Shown in pieces: positions 25,494 to 40,497 of a stretch of DNA of 59,145 nucleotides; the first letter of the stretch is position 1; the number at the start of each line of letters is the position of its first letter. The stretch comes from Trichoplax sp. H2 (taxonomy: Eukaryota). The notes under the pieces were generated by a model that saw only the letters and a list, made by a program, of their open reading frames with translations, was not told the DNA's origin and did not search any database. A program made the position numbers and the translations under genes. Location of the stretch: NCBI GenBank assembly GCA_003344405.1, contig NOWV01000299.1:1-59145 (forward strand). The letters run 5' to 3'.

Positions 25494-28400
25494 TTACTTT
25501 ATTTCTGTAATAGCCAAGTCTGTATAAAGTAACAGTAATAATAGTTATTAATACGGTGTTATAACTTATTAGTAGAGCTTTCGAGATTATATTACCAGTT
25601 TGCTGAGTGTTTGTATTTACTATAGGGCTTGAAAACTTTCCCTGACTGAATGTAGCTTCTCTAGAGCAAGATTTGTTGGACGGTCCAGCAACAGGCTATT
25701 TTAAAATAATAGTAAAAGATTCCATTAAGCGATATTCACAGTTCTATTTTCCGTACTGTTATGCTAAATTGAAAATTTCCTACCCTTGCTTCCTGTTCTC
25801 TATTTGCTGCTAATTGAGAAGCAATACTTCCTTTTGTCCTTTTTGTTCGTAAAATCCTTGAGAAATAGCGAACAACCTATGTAACATTAATACCAATTCA
25901 ATTAGATGTTGATACGAAGTTCTTAAATTAATGTCTATCTAGCTTATACTTACGTCTTTGTTATTCAAGCAGTGGAATTTAAAAATAAAGACACCCTGAA
26001 TGTTTATAAGTCAATCAATTTTAATATTATTTCTGTCTTTGCGATTGATTTACTAGTCTACTCTCAAATCATTAAGAAAATTATCGATACCTGTAAGGAA
26101 TTGGTGATAACAAAGATATATGAAAAAATTAGACTTTGATCATCCATAGCTAATAAGCCAAAAAGCCAAGATAAACCGAAGATTGGCATTAAAACAAGAA
26201 CAGCTCTGGCAGATGTTCTAAGCAAAGGAAAAGAATTTATTAATTAATTCGTTTTATTTGTTTATTTTTGAAGCTACTTAGGCATCGATTTAAACAAGTT
26301 TTGCGATAATCAGTTGATGGTATTAGTAATAAAATTAACTGATAACGTTCATCATTAGTCTTACTTGATTTTATAAGTATCTGATCTAGATGAGACAGCG
26401 CGGATCGATATAAGGGTCTTAATCACCATAATCATCAGAATAATATTGATCTTGTCATGTAGAAGTAATTTATTAAAGTTATGTTTGCATCTTTTTACAG
26501 CGGACTAGATTATTTAAATCTAATTCTTATTCGATAAGTACGGTTAGAAAATTAAAATTGTGTACTAGAATAGATTTAAACTTACAGTTATAATAGCACC
26601 TACGGGTCCAATAAAGGCCCAAATTAAAATACTGTCCGGTTTGATATAGCAGCTATAAAGTAGGATGGAAGATAGCTTAGAGCTTGGAGAATAAGAATCT
26701 CAGCTAAGCACGAAATTAGACATACGAATCTTGGCTTCCATAATCTTCCATTTTCATGATCACGGATAATCCAACAATGAATACAGGTATGACTAAAAAT
26801 AGTCAAGAAATGTACAAAATCATACTTCATTCAACACAACTCAATATGTCTTTTAGCCAAAGTATTGAGCTAAAATTACATTAAAGTAACTCAAAGTACA
26901 ATTTATCTTTAAATTGGACTGTTATCATTAACTTACGCCATCCAATCGCCAAATAAAGGTAATAATGCTTCTTTTGGTGTCTGTAGTTTGCAGACGACAT
27001 ATAAGTAATAATGCCCTCAACTAACATCCAGAAGAAGACAGCAAGATAGAGGAAATGCAAAGCTATTGCAATAATTCTGCATAAAAGCTATTATAAAATA
27101 AATAAGATACAATGTCATAAACTTTCATCGAACTTGAAGCGTAACTTATATTTGCCAACTCAATATTGATCAAAAACAAATATTTCTACTATTAGATTGC
27201 TAACGATAGCTTAGTTAGAGCTTCATTTAATAGTACCGGATTCGCTATAGCATCAGCACCAAATAAGAATAGAAATATTGCAGCTATTAAAGCCGCTGAT
27301 AAATTCGCATGAACAAAGCTGCGAATGCCTCTTAGTTGCCTGAGAAAAAATTTAAATAAAGTGATGCAAAATATATCAGATTTCCTTTGATTTTCCATGT
27401 TGGAAGCGAGCTATATTTCTTTGAAATTATAGAAATTTTTCTTACTTGATAAAAGCAAAGATTGAAAACGTAACTATCAATCCAAATAGTGATAGTGAAA
27501 GTCCAGCTTTGGTCATAATATCCAATATTTGTTTGTGGATGGATGGAAGCTGTAGGATAGATTAACAACAGTAAATTACTAACATTATCATGTATTCATT
27601 CATACTGTATATTTATAATTTTTTAATAAATTAATGATGATTTACGAAATAAATTAGAAACATGGCAATTTAATAGCAATATTCTCAATTAAATTCCAAG
27701 CATTACTAAATAATTTAATCTACGTATACGAATAATTTTCGAATAAATTAATATGATTTATATAGTACATTAGCAACTATAACATTTTAACTGCAAAATG
27801 GACATTCAAATTTCAAGTGTAACTAATATTTTAATGTAATTAAGCGAACAATTTTCCAATAAATTAATGTATGTAATGAAATGCAGTAACAACCATGACA
27901 ATTTTCCGGCAAGAAGCTCATTCGAATTTCAGTGTTACAGTGTTAAATACTGTATTACAGTAGAAATATCTATGTTAGGATAATTCTATTAGACTATCCT
28001 TATTTAGTTAACGTCTAATTTGGATATACTGTGTTTTAATATAGCACTAACTTTTTATGACAGTGACACTTATACACATACTGAAATTAATAGTTATAAT
28101 AGGGAATGCAAATCATCTGCTTACAGTTCGAATCATTGTGATTGTAATTTACTTATGGTAGACTACAAATTATCATGGAAATGTTCCGTGATAGGACATA
28201 TCGTAATCTGACTATTCTGTATTAGTCATCACATGTCTATGATCTTAAATACTGTTGTCAGCATTAAGGGAGCAGTAGCTAAAATTAATATCTAATTCAG
28301 TAAATGATTCCAATGTTAATTGTATTAACTATGACTCGTGAACTATTGAGGAGTAGTATATAAATGCAGTATATCCAAATAAAGTGGAATTCTCCAACTT

Positions 28401-31400
28401 AGTGTTTAACGTAAAATACGAGGCGTTTAAGTCTTTGTGTAGTCTGCTAGTAGAGCAAAAGTGTTCGTGATAGTGCAGATATCGTTCCTTGATACGTGGT
28501 TCAAGGAATTGACTTATTGATCGTATATTGCGTTATCTTGTTGCAAAGCTGTTTTGTGACATTCAGGTATTATTGATATTGTAATTTAACGTATAAGCTC
28601 ATTTGTTAGCCTATACTTCAAATTTTGATAGATTACATGTAGTTAAGAGTTTGATGCCTAAATTCTACCTTAGCTTGTCTCATTCCGACTAATACGGTAA
28701 AGCTTGATAGATGTTCAGTTTCACAGTAAACCGATGATGTATTGCTGACTTTCGTTTTAACACCTTGAGTCGACCAGTGGCCGGTATTATTGCTACTACA
28801 GATATGAAATTGGCATGGATATGAGAACCACGAAATCGATAAAGAAAGAAATATATTATTTGGCTTTACCTTGCTTTCCAATATACGCATTGGATGTTAC
28901 TGTTTTTCTATCGGGTAGAATAAGTAAGCCATATTAGATATTATTTAATTAAAATCTTGCTGTTGATAATTTCAATCCAACTATCAGCTGGACTTATATC
29001 CACCTGATAACTCTGCCAAGCTAAATGTAGTTGATTTTAAATGCACTCATCAACTGTAGCGATATCAATCTAATGTATTAGCCGTAATTGTTTCAGGTAG
29101 TTATAAAATATGCTTGTACTTATTGCCTATAACATTATATTGATATACTAGCTATAGTTATCAACTATTCTAATAATTAGTTCAGTTTATAATATACCTC
29201 ATCCTCTGTAATATCGAAAACAAGGCGAACAGGTTTAGGAAATTGTTCCGTAATGGTTGGGTAGACATTTAAAGAAACGATTGAATGGTTTAATGCGGTG
29301 CCATTAGCACTATGTAAGAGCAAAATGTAACTTAATATTAGCTTGGTTTAAATAACTGCCTTAAGTAATAACACTTATGATATAGGAAAGCTTTTAAAGC
29401 ATCCACTATAGCGGTTAGGAGTCTTATTTTGTCATATAGAGTATGATAGCTAAAGGAAGTTGCTGTTCTTACGTAAAATTTCTTTCAGTAGGCTGAAAAG
29501 CAATGGAAACAATTCCAACATAACCTACAGTAAAAGTAAAGCATAAATACTGAAATTCATGGAAGGTTTAATCAACAAAGACGTCATCAGCGCTATGTAT
29601 TAACTACAGATCGACAAACTACACCATATTTCACCTTTATATTCTTTAGGAACAATAGCTTTGGGGATTTCTATATGTCGGATCGTGCTTCGAGATAGGT
29701 AATTATTTGCGGAAGTCATATTAATCTTAATTGAGCCAGATTTATCCTCTACAACTTCGGATTTGGATACAATATAAAGTTCTATGAGACAGAAAAATAA
29801 TGATGTTTTATTGCATCCCAAATATTAGAATCCTAGTATAGCATATATATATACAATAACAAATAATTTGCTGTCAAAATCAGCAAATGATCTTACTAGC
29901 AGTTTGACTAAAAGCAGATGAAGAAATTGGAGATTGAATGGATGCTAAATTCTGCGCCAAAGCAGAGCCAATAGTCTCGCTAGCATTTAATGCTGCACTG
30001 GTGCTCTTATTTAAATGTTGGAAAAAAAAGTTTTAAATTTACTTAATTTATAAGCAGTATATGACATGCCAAAGAAATCTATCAAATTGAATAATTTAAG
30101 GTAATACTTACCACGTTATAGATATTAGTTTTAGTCAAATTTTGAGTTAAATCCTTATAGTTATCTGATGGATAGGAATCATTTAGATCTAAAAAAAGTA
30201 ATAATCGGACCATAGATCAGCTAACATTAGCTTATCTACATACGTTGAACTTAAGTAGATCGATTAAAACTCAAAATGAGGGCAAACTGTTTACTTTTCA
30301 TGCATAAAAATGATGAAAATTTGCCAAGGCAATCTAAAGAGTGCCATTTCCAGTCGACGCCGTTTGGACCAACATTTCGTTTAAGAACAGCACAGTTTCG
30401 ATCTGGCAAAGGATGACCTGCAGCCCAATTGAAATATGTGGTTTCTCTGCCATTAACCACCCATTTAAATGGGCTATTATCAACTGATGTATCACGATAT
30501 AATCCAATCCAAGTCCACATTAGCCATTCTTTACCGAGAAATTGATCAATTTGCTGCTGAGTATTCATGGAATCGATGACTCCCAAATCTGCTCCATAGT
30601 ATTGGCAGATAGATCTTGCATGGATAAACCATTCTGGGTTGAAGAATCGTCGAAAACAGAGATTACCATGTTGTGTCCAGTTTCCAGGGCAATTTTTATT
30701 GACTGTACCTAAATGAAAAATTCGTAAGTAATACGATTTTATTGTTTGAATCTTTTATTTATTACTTAAAAGCATGATTGTGTCAAAATACTCGGCTAGT
30801 AGTCATACCCTCTTGTGCTGGAGCCATCATTCTGTTAAAAGAACTTCTAATGCCTAGTGAAAAATTTAAAATCAAGGTTAAAATTTTAAGGTTTAAATAA
30901 AAGATTATCCAATATCGCTGTGTGTAAGAGTTTAATGTTGAAAAACGATGATAAGGCTATTTAAAATAATTTGACACCAGCAAAATCAATCATACATCTG
31001 TATCCATATATTCGTAGCTAAGTAGGATTTAAGATTACGATAATTAAACCTAATTAAGCATGAAAGGTGAAGATCTAAAGTTAGAATTACATATCGGATA
31101 GAAAAAATAAGATAATTTTACATTGTTGTGATCGGATGTTTTCGCTAATCAAGTAAGGTATGTTTAATATTTCTACCATTAGATTAAAATTGTTGCAAAT
31201 TCGAAGCTTGAACTAGGTTAATTCGTTTATTTATCTTCTATTAGCAATATTATAACTCTGCCTTACACCGTGCTGTATATTAAGATACACGCAACATGGT
31301 TAGTGCTGGACTATTGAAGTGATTAATGGACTAAAGTTCATTAGAGACTATCCTGTTTTTAATAGTGTCGTAAATTCATAATATTAAATTAGATAATAAT

Positions 31401-32907
31401 ATTATAAATTCGTATTGGTCTAATTCTCACTGTCTAGTTTTGTTTTCTATACATGTAATTATAGTGATTAGTGTCGAATAAAATTATAGCAATATGATAC
31501 AGTAGAATTCAGTCATTAATCAAGTATTAACGCAAACATACAATATTGAGCTAGATAATAATGTAATCAATTCGTAATGGTCTAATTCTATAGGCCCAAC
31601 ATTGCCTTATATGCACATTATCAGAATGAATAGAGGTGAACAAAATTATAGAATAATGATGCAGTATAATTCAGTCATAAATTAAGTAAAGAAAATAATC
31701 ATATTAATTAATCTGATTAGACGATGAAGGCTTTAAGGCTAATTATACTATAAAGATGATAATGCTAGGAAAGATACCGATTACTGTAAAAACTGTTTAA
31801 TAATATTTAAAGATATGCCAATTGCTCGAATAAATATAAACTGCCTGCTCTAACAATAATTAACCAAGCGAGTTTAGAAGAACATTCTAACTTGTTAATT
31901 ACTTTTACACTGCGCTAATAACCGAACACTATTTCTATCGCTACATTATCAAACTAAAACAATTTACTTGATAATAGTAAAATCTGCATTTCTAAGTTAG
32001 GATCATGATTTAGTCTGCAAATTCTAGAAGAAGAAAAATGATCGGAAATCTCTTTTACATTGAGTTAATACCATAGATTTTATTCTTACCTTTGCGTTGG
32101 CAAATAAACAAGCGTTGTTCTGAACAGTTGCCAAGTCTCCAAATGCCTGGTTGATCTACCAATTTATCCAGTACACCACATTGATCGGTAGTAATATTGC
32201 TGGGTTCATCGGCTGCCCAGTAGAATTTACCAACTGTTATATGTTTATCAGTAATCCAATGAAATCGTCCATATTGATTTCGTTGCATACCAAACCAATA
32301 AGTTTCATTTATAGTATCATCATATAAAAGATAGTGATCGATTGCTAATCGTTGTGGATTTGTAGGAATAGTGACAAGATGGGAACTATTTTGTTCACAG
32401 AATCTTTGAGCTGAATCAAAGTCCAGTTTAATGTTTGATCTTTGGATGCATTGTCCATTTCCATAAGGTAGCCAACCTTGTGGACATTCATCTAATCAAA
32501 AATTCAACTCAATCTTGAGAATTGAATATAGATCGGATCACTTCATTATACTTAATTTAGTCTAGGTATTTATTCAAGGCAAGATAGAGTAGGATATTTT
32601 TTCTGTTGCTAGTGAACTTACAGTACAAATCATCGAAATTAGCCAAGTATTTACCAATTACTGATGACGAGATGGATATCAAAAATAAAAGCTAGAAAAT
32701 AGAGAAAATAGGATCGACTTATGAATCTATTAGCAGTGAATGAACTTCTTCGTGAATGTTAAGCAGCGTGGCGCTTATGGAATATTCCAACGAGAATAAG
32801 TTTTTAATTCAGGATCAAGTTTCTAAACGTGTACAAGTAGCAATTTTAAATTTCATGTACTTTTTTACTCTCTTTCGTTCGCTTACCGCACAATAATAGG
32901 AGGGCAT
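25494..32907 (-). CDS. Adhesion GPCR gene 2: signal peptide, 2 C-type lectin-like domains, GAIN/GPS, 7TM (23 exons, about 848 aa)
   Basis: Minus-strand exons: 32907-32887 and 32691-32655 (MPSYYCA|LLFLISISSSVI), 32491-32090 (CTLD), 30853-30809, 30708-30295 (CTLD), 30188-30112, 30005-29897, 29781-29635, 29524-29473, 29309-29198, 28907-28870 (CVYW), 28795-28669 (WSTQGV...CETEHLSSF), 27549-27446, 27339-27237 (VHANL), 27087-26937 (WMLVEG), 26792-26726, 26652-26586 (FIGP), 26450-26365, 26217-26091 (MPIFGLSW, NSLQ), 25995-25954 (GVFIF), 25876-25784, 25695-25596, 25519-25494. No internal stops. Last exons are less certain. Confidence 0.9.
27933..28561 (+). mobile_element. Solo-LTR-like element family B, complete copy (629 bp, in gene 2 intron between GPS and TM1 exons)
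   Basis: TGTTACA...TGTGACA short inverted termini; perfect TSD TTCAG (27928-27932 and 28562-28566). Confidence 0.88.
31383..31688. repeat. Diverged intronic tandem duplication, period about 160 bp
   Basis: TAGATAATAAT...AATTCGTA.TGGTCTAATTCT...AAAATTATAG...CAGTA.AATTCAGTCAT occurs twice. Confidence 0.7.
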
Positions 32908-35900
32908 GTTGATTTTTTGGATTCAAAAGATTAAATATATATATACCAGTAATTGACGATAAAATAAAAAATAAAGATTTTACTTTACTTTACTCTGAAA
33001 TAAATTTTTTTCTCACTAATCCAAGTCGGCTTATGACTCATCATATATAGCCGTTTAACATGTTATGATCAAAGCAGCAGCTGTTCTAGTTGGGAATTAG
33101 ATATAGTTAATTTAATTGTGGATTTGAATAAAAGCCACTCGCTTTTCCTATTAATTTGTTATTAGATATAGATTGGAATTCATCAGGTTAAATTAATAAT
33201 GATTCTTTCCTGTTTATTGACCCCTTTTATATGTTTAAAGATTCTAAATCGCTTCTATCTCACTATACTTCATGCAAGGAATGATAAGTAGATTTAAAGG
33301 TCGGAATAATAATTATTTGGCATTGATGATGATTGAGGTAATTTAATATGTAGGTATTATCGTTACCATCAAGATTATATAATTAATCTATCCATTGCTA
33401 TTAATAGCAATATTGTTAAGATACTATATCGTTGGTTAGCTAATTTTCCACCTACTAATAATGGCTTACTGAACAATTTTAGAACCGGAATATTCTCTTA
33501 TACTGTACTACTTTTAATAATATATCTTTTACTGGTAGCAAAGATATTGATTTGTATCATTATTGAACTGCTTTATGAAATATGAAGCCTGATAACTTTA
33601 ATTATAGATATTTTCCTGTTGTCTCATGAATTATCTATTCTCGATTTTCATAGCTATATTAGTAATTATAGTAAACACCCTATGTACGGCATAAACAGAT
33701 TTTAATGCAAATTTACGGAGATTAGACGGTTCGAAATTGAAGGAATTCCTTATTTTCAACGGAAACCATTTATCTTCTGCCGTTAACAGTAACATTATAG
33801 ATTATTCATTCTAAAATTATATTATTACAGCCCTTCACTCAAAATTGTATTTGCAAAAATCAGTATATATGATGTCGTAGATCTAGGATTACATTAAAAC
33901 CAAATATATATATGAGTAACCGCGTAAGGATATAATTTACTAGAACAAGTCCTCTAAAATCGTAGATTTAGCTATATGATGCTGTTACAAATCTTTTTTG
34001 TAACAAGAAACGGGTCTTAAATACTAGGGAAAATTATTAAAATATAAGATCAATTTTTATCAATTGTTAGGATAAAAGACAAAATTACTATCTTCACTAG
34101 TACTCATGTTCCCAACTAACTTAGGGACCTATCGTAGTTGAACTAACTCTCAGCTACACAAATAAGCTACTAATAGCCTAGACATAAGAAATATTAAATT
34201 ACAATAATTAACTACATACTGTGTTACTCTTAATTAGATAATCTCTGAAATATTCTTAGACACTATTATGACAATTATCTATTTCACATTAGCTATTTCA
34301 CTATAATTAATATATAATTCAAGGTGTCATTGCAATTCGATTCTCTTTAAATTTATTTTATTTCAATAAAATTAAATTTTCATTTTTATCGATAATGAGA
34401 CTAAGTCAATCATTTCTAAGAAATTTTATGCTATTTCTGAGACATATTGTTGTCTCTTATAAAAATTGAGACTTTAAGGCTATTACTATCTGCTTTAAGA
34501 TGCACATTTTCGGATATCGATGCTTTGTAAGCCGATAAATAGACTCCAACAATCTAAACTATTTCTATTACTACTATTACTATTATCAGTGAGAGAAATA
34601 TTAGCTTCAATTCGAATATTTTGTTACTGATTCATTATCTTCAAATTTCCAAGTTTTGATTGCACTAATAAGAGTCCATATTTCTTACCTATCTATGAAA
34701 CAACAATAAATATAATCATAAATCCTGTTATCGATATGTGTTGTATAATTGCATTAAGAGATAATTCGATTTAAAGTAATAGCATTAAGATTAAAATTGC
34801 AATGGTATTATGTCACATAAAGCATTCTATGTTTTACTACGCCTAATTTCATCTAAATAAAAATAAATAAATAAAATAAAAGTAGATACTATAACCCTTT
34901 TGTTGACTAATTCTGTATAATAATAAACTTGTTATGCAAGCATTACGGTGATAGAGGGGTATAAGTAATAATAACTAAAATAGTAAATGACTAAAATAAG
35001 GTAACGTAATTATTTAATGCTATGAAACTGCTGTTCGTGTTGATACTAAGAAAATAAGAAATTCTCAGTTGGCTACGTGAAATGAAGTGTATTATGAACT
35101 CTATTGGAATAAAGCTCATCTACAGCAGCGATAATTAATCATCCTTCTATAGAAATAATGTTGCAGGAAAGTAGAGATAATTTATTAACATCCATGATTT
35201 ATAATGGAGAAAAATTCGATCATCTTTGTAGTTTGATTTTAGAATCTTTTCTGTTAATAAAAAGGCTAAAATTGCCTTAATTAACAGCAAAATTGAAGTC
35301 ATTGAACTTTCAATTAATTCATTTCGATTACTGTTAATGATATAATTGACTTTACAAGAAATTTTGCGAATGAAATAACTTATTACAATTCTACTGAATA
35401 GTCAACTATAGCACTTCCATGATTCTGATAATTATTAGTTGATAAATCATGCATAAATATTTCCAAATGCTAAAGACTATTTAATTATTAAAATGTTTAT
35501 TTCAAAGAGAAATATTAGTCACTGAATTGACTTGAAATTTTAATTTATGAAATTAACTTATTTATGCACTCCAACTACGAAATATTTTGTTATTATTCAT
35601 CAACGTCTAATATAATTTACCAAATTATATTATATTCAGCAATGCTTTCGTGAAGCTCTATGAATAGTTTACAAATTAAAGCTTTTTGTATTAGAGATAT
35701 TATGAACACCTAAGTTATTAAGACAGTACCAAAAGGAACAACTAAGTAAAATTGACTGCCCAATAGTATCATTAGCTACAGTTTCAAGATAAACGATATG
35801 AAAATCTAATGTATCTGTCATTAAATCTTAAAAGTTGTCCAATCTCTTTATAGAATTATTAATTTACGCTATAATGAATCTAGTATGATAAATGAAGTCC

Positions 35901-38900
35901 GAATATTTCGTGTAATAATGACATGGGTGTTGCTGATATATTATTTGTCACCTTTACTTTAGATGTTAATCATTTTGTTACTGTAGCTGCGATAATTCCT
36001 ATATAAAGTTACCAAAGTTTATCAAGCACGTAGCAATTTTGATTAATCATTAGTCTACAACTCTATATTGCTCAATATTATGTACTGAAGTAATACTTGT
36101 ACTGTATATCAAATGTATTCATTCAAAGGCGGTGGAGTTTCGAATAAAGTAAATTTATTATTCTCCATTTGGTAATGACATAACGTGTAGCACCATGTAT
36201 CGGAAGCAAAACTTAGCTGTGACTTAAAGATAATTGAAAGATTATAGGCTTACATAAAAATTCTAAGAAACCAATATGAATGGATAACAGGAGACATGAT
36301 ATATTATGTATAGCCACAGAGAATGATTTTGTAACCATAATTTTGCATCTGGATCAAATGCGAGTAAGTCTATATGAAATTGATGACAAGGATTGTAATA
36401 GTGCCTCGTAAAGATTAATTTTCACGAATATTACTATAATAGCTTTGTTGCAGTGAATCTGACAATAATGAATACCGAGTAAATTGATCACAATCTGGGT
36501 CTATTTCACTCTCAAAATCTTTATTTGAGACTGCTTTAATATCTTACTAACACAATGCCGCCCTGCTATCCACGTTTACACTTAAAAAATATTGTACTTT
36601 AATAACTCACTTATATAATTTCCGTCATGCGTTTAAATAAAATTAATCTTACAACAAGCCGCTTATTATACTTGTGAGGAAGTTGTTAGTCTTACTTACA
36701 GTATCTCTCCGTAGTTAGTTGGAGTGACTAAGTAGCTAGTAAGTTAATTGATCACTCACATTAGAAGAGAGTAGACAGCGGGATTACTCCTGTGAATGAC
36801 ATGATGTCATTAATAAATAGATTTAAGTTTAATTAGCAACAGAATAGATTGACCTTTTACTTATTTTAAATCCGATCTATCTAGATATAAATATTCAATT
36901 TTGCATTTATAATCTTGTGTATTAAAATACCACCTTGGCTGGAAATGAGAATTTTATACTTTAATTTCGCAGTTAGCAATTATCACTCTCGTCACAAAAA
37001 TGATATATTGTGTGTCAGTATTAATTAACGAAAATTTTTTTATGTTCATTAAAAAATCACATTTAAAGGATTGACTAGTTATAGACTACAATTGATACAA
37101 TCGGCTTAATAAAAGGCCATTCCCGAGTTCGTCCAATCCGGACGATTGAAATTAACAGTAGTTATATCACTTATCTGTTTCTGAATTATTTGCCCTTATA
37201 ATGACCGAGTAATAGTCTTTTACTATTACTATAGCATAACTATTTATCGACAGAAATTTCTCGTGTAACGGTATATGCCTTATCCGTATGTATTATTTTC
37301 TTCATTTACCAAATTTGTTGTAATTATGAACTAGTGTTTACGTAAATAAAAGATGTAACTAATGTATTTATATAGTTTTGAACGCTTATTCAATTAAAGG
37401 ACATAAAATTGATTCGCTAAGATACAGGTATAAATTATGGTTTGGCGTCATTCATGATAGTTCAATTGAAGCCTTTAGACATTTTTAGAAACATATCTAG
37501 CTTAGCTATAGTCTTAGTAGTTTATAATCATTCAATGAAATTTTAAACTTTGTTTCAGCCATCATTCAGTTTCGCTAAATTACTTTATCGTTGCAATATC
37601 TCATCATAGTTAGTACCTACAGTCAATGTGTTGTAAGTGAATATGTTCCTTCAAAACTATGTAGGAAAGGAAATACCATAATATTTTCATTTTTTATCAA
37701 GGATTGTAGGTAGGTAGGACCATCTACTGCTAAACTTTCTTCTAGAAGTGCATATTAGCACCATTATTTATTATACTGAGTTTTATTGAAGTATTTACAT
37801 TAGAATCTGCTGTATCCGTAGAGGTTAATTATATTTACTATATGTACAATGACAATCTTGAATTTAAGCTCATTAAACTTATAAATAGCAAAATTTTAGA
37901 TCTGCAGTATCTTTTAGAAGAATCTAATACTCCGGAATTAAGAGTGGACAATTGTGGCTGAATATGGATAATCTTGAGATTTTAAGAAAAAAATTTCGAA
38001 ATCGAAATCTATCACGAAATTCTGTTAAGATTTGTGTAGAAGTAATTTAGACTTTCTCGATTGAAATATTGTACATTACATGATCAGACTGGATTTCGAA
38101 GAGATTCTGAAAGGAACCCTTGGGATGATTTACGAAAATAATAACTCTGCATGAGATCGGATATAAAATACTGTTAAAATTTATTTTAGGTGGTTCGTCT
38201 TGAAATAAATTAGACTTTATAATTTCTAGTAATCTGTCGTCTAATTGCTGGCTTCTATAGCTGACTAAAGATCTTACTAGGAATCGTAGTTCCTATCTAC
38301 CAGATTGCTCAGTGACTGTACTCTAGAATAGTTTAGGAAATCTGCATACTAATATAGCGGTATTATTGTAGTAGTTTTCGATGAGAGATTACATTCTTCC
38401 AATGTGTTACTTTCTTCGACTGGTAATATAAAGATACTGAGAACATATGCTTACGTGAGTATGGAAATAGCTCGATAATGTGTACCTACTATCACGGTTG
38501 CTTAGAGTTTAAAATCAGTAGAAAGATGCATAAAGTTGTTAGTGCTGAAGATACAGCCTCTCTTATCACTGCCAAATAGTGACTAGATAATATCTGTGTT
38601 TACTGCTAGCTCCCTATAGCTACGAGTAAAATTATAATAAAATAATAATGAAATCCTCTTCAATTAAAGTTTACTATATAACAGCCGTTACTTCTTCAAA
38701 ATATCGTAAAATTTTATAGGGTCTCTCACTATCTGTAAACGATTACTAGTGACATGTTGACACCTACAAATCCTATTTAATTAGCGTACATGATGTGATG
38801 AATGTTCTATTCCACCAAAATAATACGATTGCAATACGACAACGAATCTTTAGCTTAAATGATTTCTAACTTATTGGTGATGATGAGAATTGTAACCGCG

Positions 38901-40497
38901 ATTGTGGCAAACATCGTATTAGAAACTGCACTCTAAATTGAAAAATTTTCACGTTTCTTATCCGTTTTGGCTGTTTCTAGTCAAGATTTTGACCGTATAC
39001 AGTGAATTATAAACTCTATAAAATTACTAGTACTGCTATGATTCCGACGAATCGTTGATCTACATTAATATAAGTTAGATTCGCTCGGTAGAAAATTTAA
39101 AAATTATTAATATTATTAAATAATATCGTACAGCATGCCATAAGTAAGGATAATTGTGCTGTATTACTTATTCTACAGCACAGATTTGGTAGATTGAAGA
39201 TCCTAAGGCTAGGGATCGAAGTTAATCCTAGAATTCTCGCGAACACAAAGATTATATTTAAGAGTAAGTTCTATTCGATGTGGTTGTTCAACTTGCCATT
39301 TTCAAGATTAATTCCAAACTGCGATAAATAGGATAATTTATGCGCAGTAGATGAAAGGTCAACATTAGTATATTACTATGGAATTAGAATAGTAATAAGC
39401 TATATTAATAAATATTTTTAATTCATATTCCATTTTATAATTTAATCATAGTTGCAGTGGCAGCTTATACGTGCTCTTTCTCTCTATGGATAGATGAAAA
39501 AGGAAGCTGATACTCTAGTGATGCGATCAATATCTTACTGTGTTAGTCCGTTATTAGGATTTCAACGGCGATGATCATTCTCCATATATTTATTCTGCTA
39601 TTTCTTGTCAGTATCAAAATTTAGAGCAATATTATAAATTAATATTGGACCACACGTTCTCCGCTGCCATATTCTGGTATTCTTTCAAGCTAATAATTTA
39701 TCGGCTTATCTTGCAATGGAAAGGCTTAAATTTAACTACAGATTTTGTAATTACGAAATAAAACCATTAACATGCGTCAAATGCACTGAGTTTGTTCAGG
39801 ATTTTTATTGAGTAGATCAGCACTTGAAATTCTAATCTTACATGTATTTAAAAGCTACTAGAAAATTTTACCGTGACTATGAATTAATTATCAATTCAAT
39901 ACTTCCTTTCGAATAAGACGACACTCTATTCGTTGAAAATATTACGAATATCAAATACAATTACAACCTAGTAGTCCAGTTTAAACACGGTAAATTGTTC
40001 TATGTAAAGTTGGCTACTGATCGATATACAGATATATCGCAATACAAGGCAATCTGATGAACAGAGTTACGCTAATATTAAAATGCAAGGAATTAATAAT
40101 AGCAGAATAGTACGAACTTTGAAAGTTGATATGATCATCAATTTCCAAAATACCATTTAATTCAAGATAGCACGATTACTTGCTTTCAATCTTAGAAAGA
40201 GATCTACTTGCAATAACATTAGTACAGATGGTGTAAAGAAGAATTATATCTAGCTGTATCGATATAGTATGAGAAGAACTACATCAATAGATAGAGCCTA
40301 ATGGCATTACAATATCTCCAACGTCATTTTTATCTTTAATAGACGGATCACGCTTTAAAGTTTTGATCACCAATTCTTTAGTCTAACAAGCAATGATTAA
40401 GCAAAAAATATCCATTTAAATGATTCGGCATATTTTAAGATTTCTTTGCGATATATACGGTAACAAAACAGAAGGTAAAAGAAATTTCCGGTGAACT

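Noticed and set aside
28020..28211. Repeated 63-aa Cys-containing ORF MDIL... (also 3275-3466 and 57761-57952)
   Set aside because: Internal to family B with a TTG start; its recurrence reflects element copy number.
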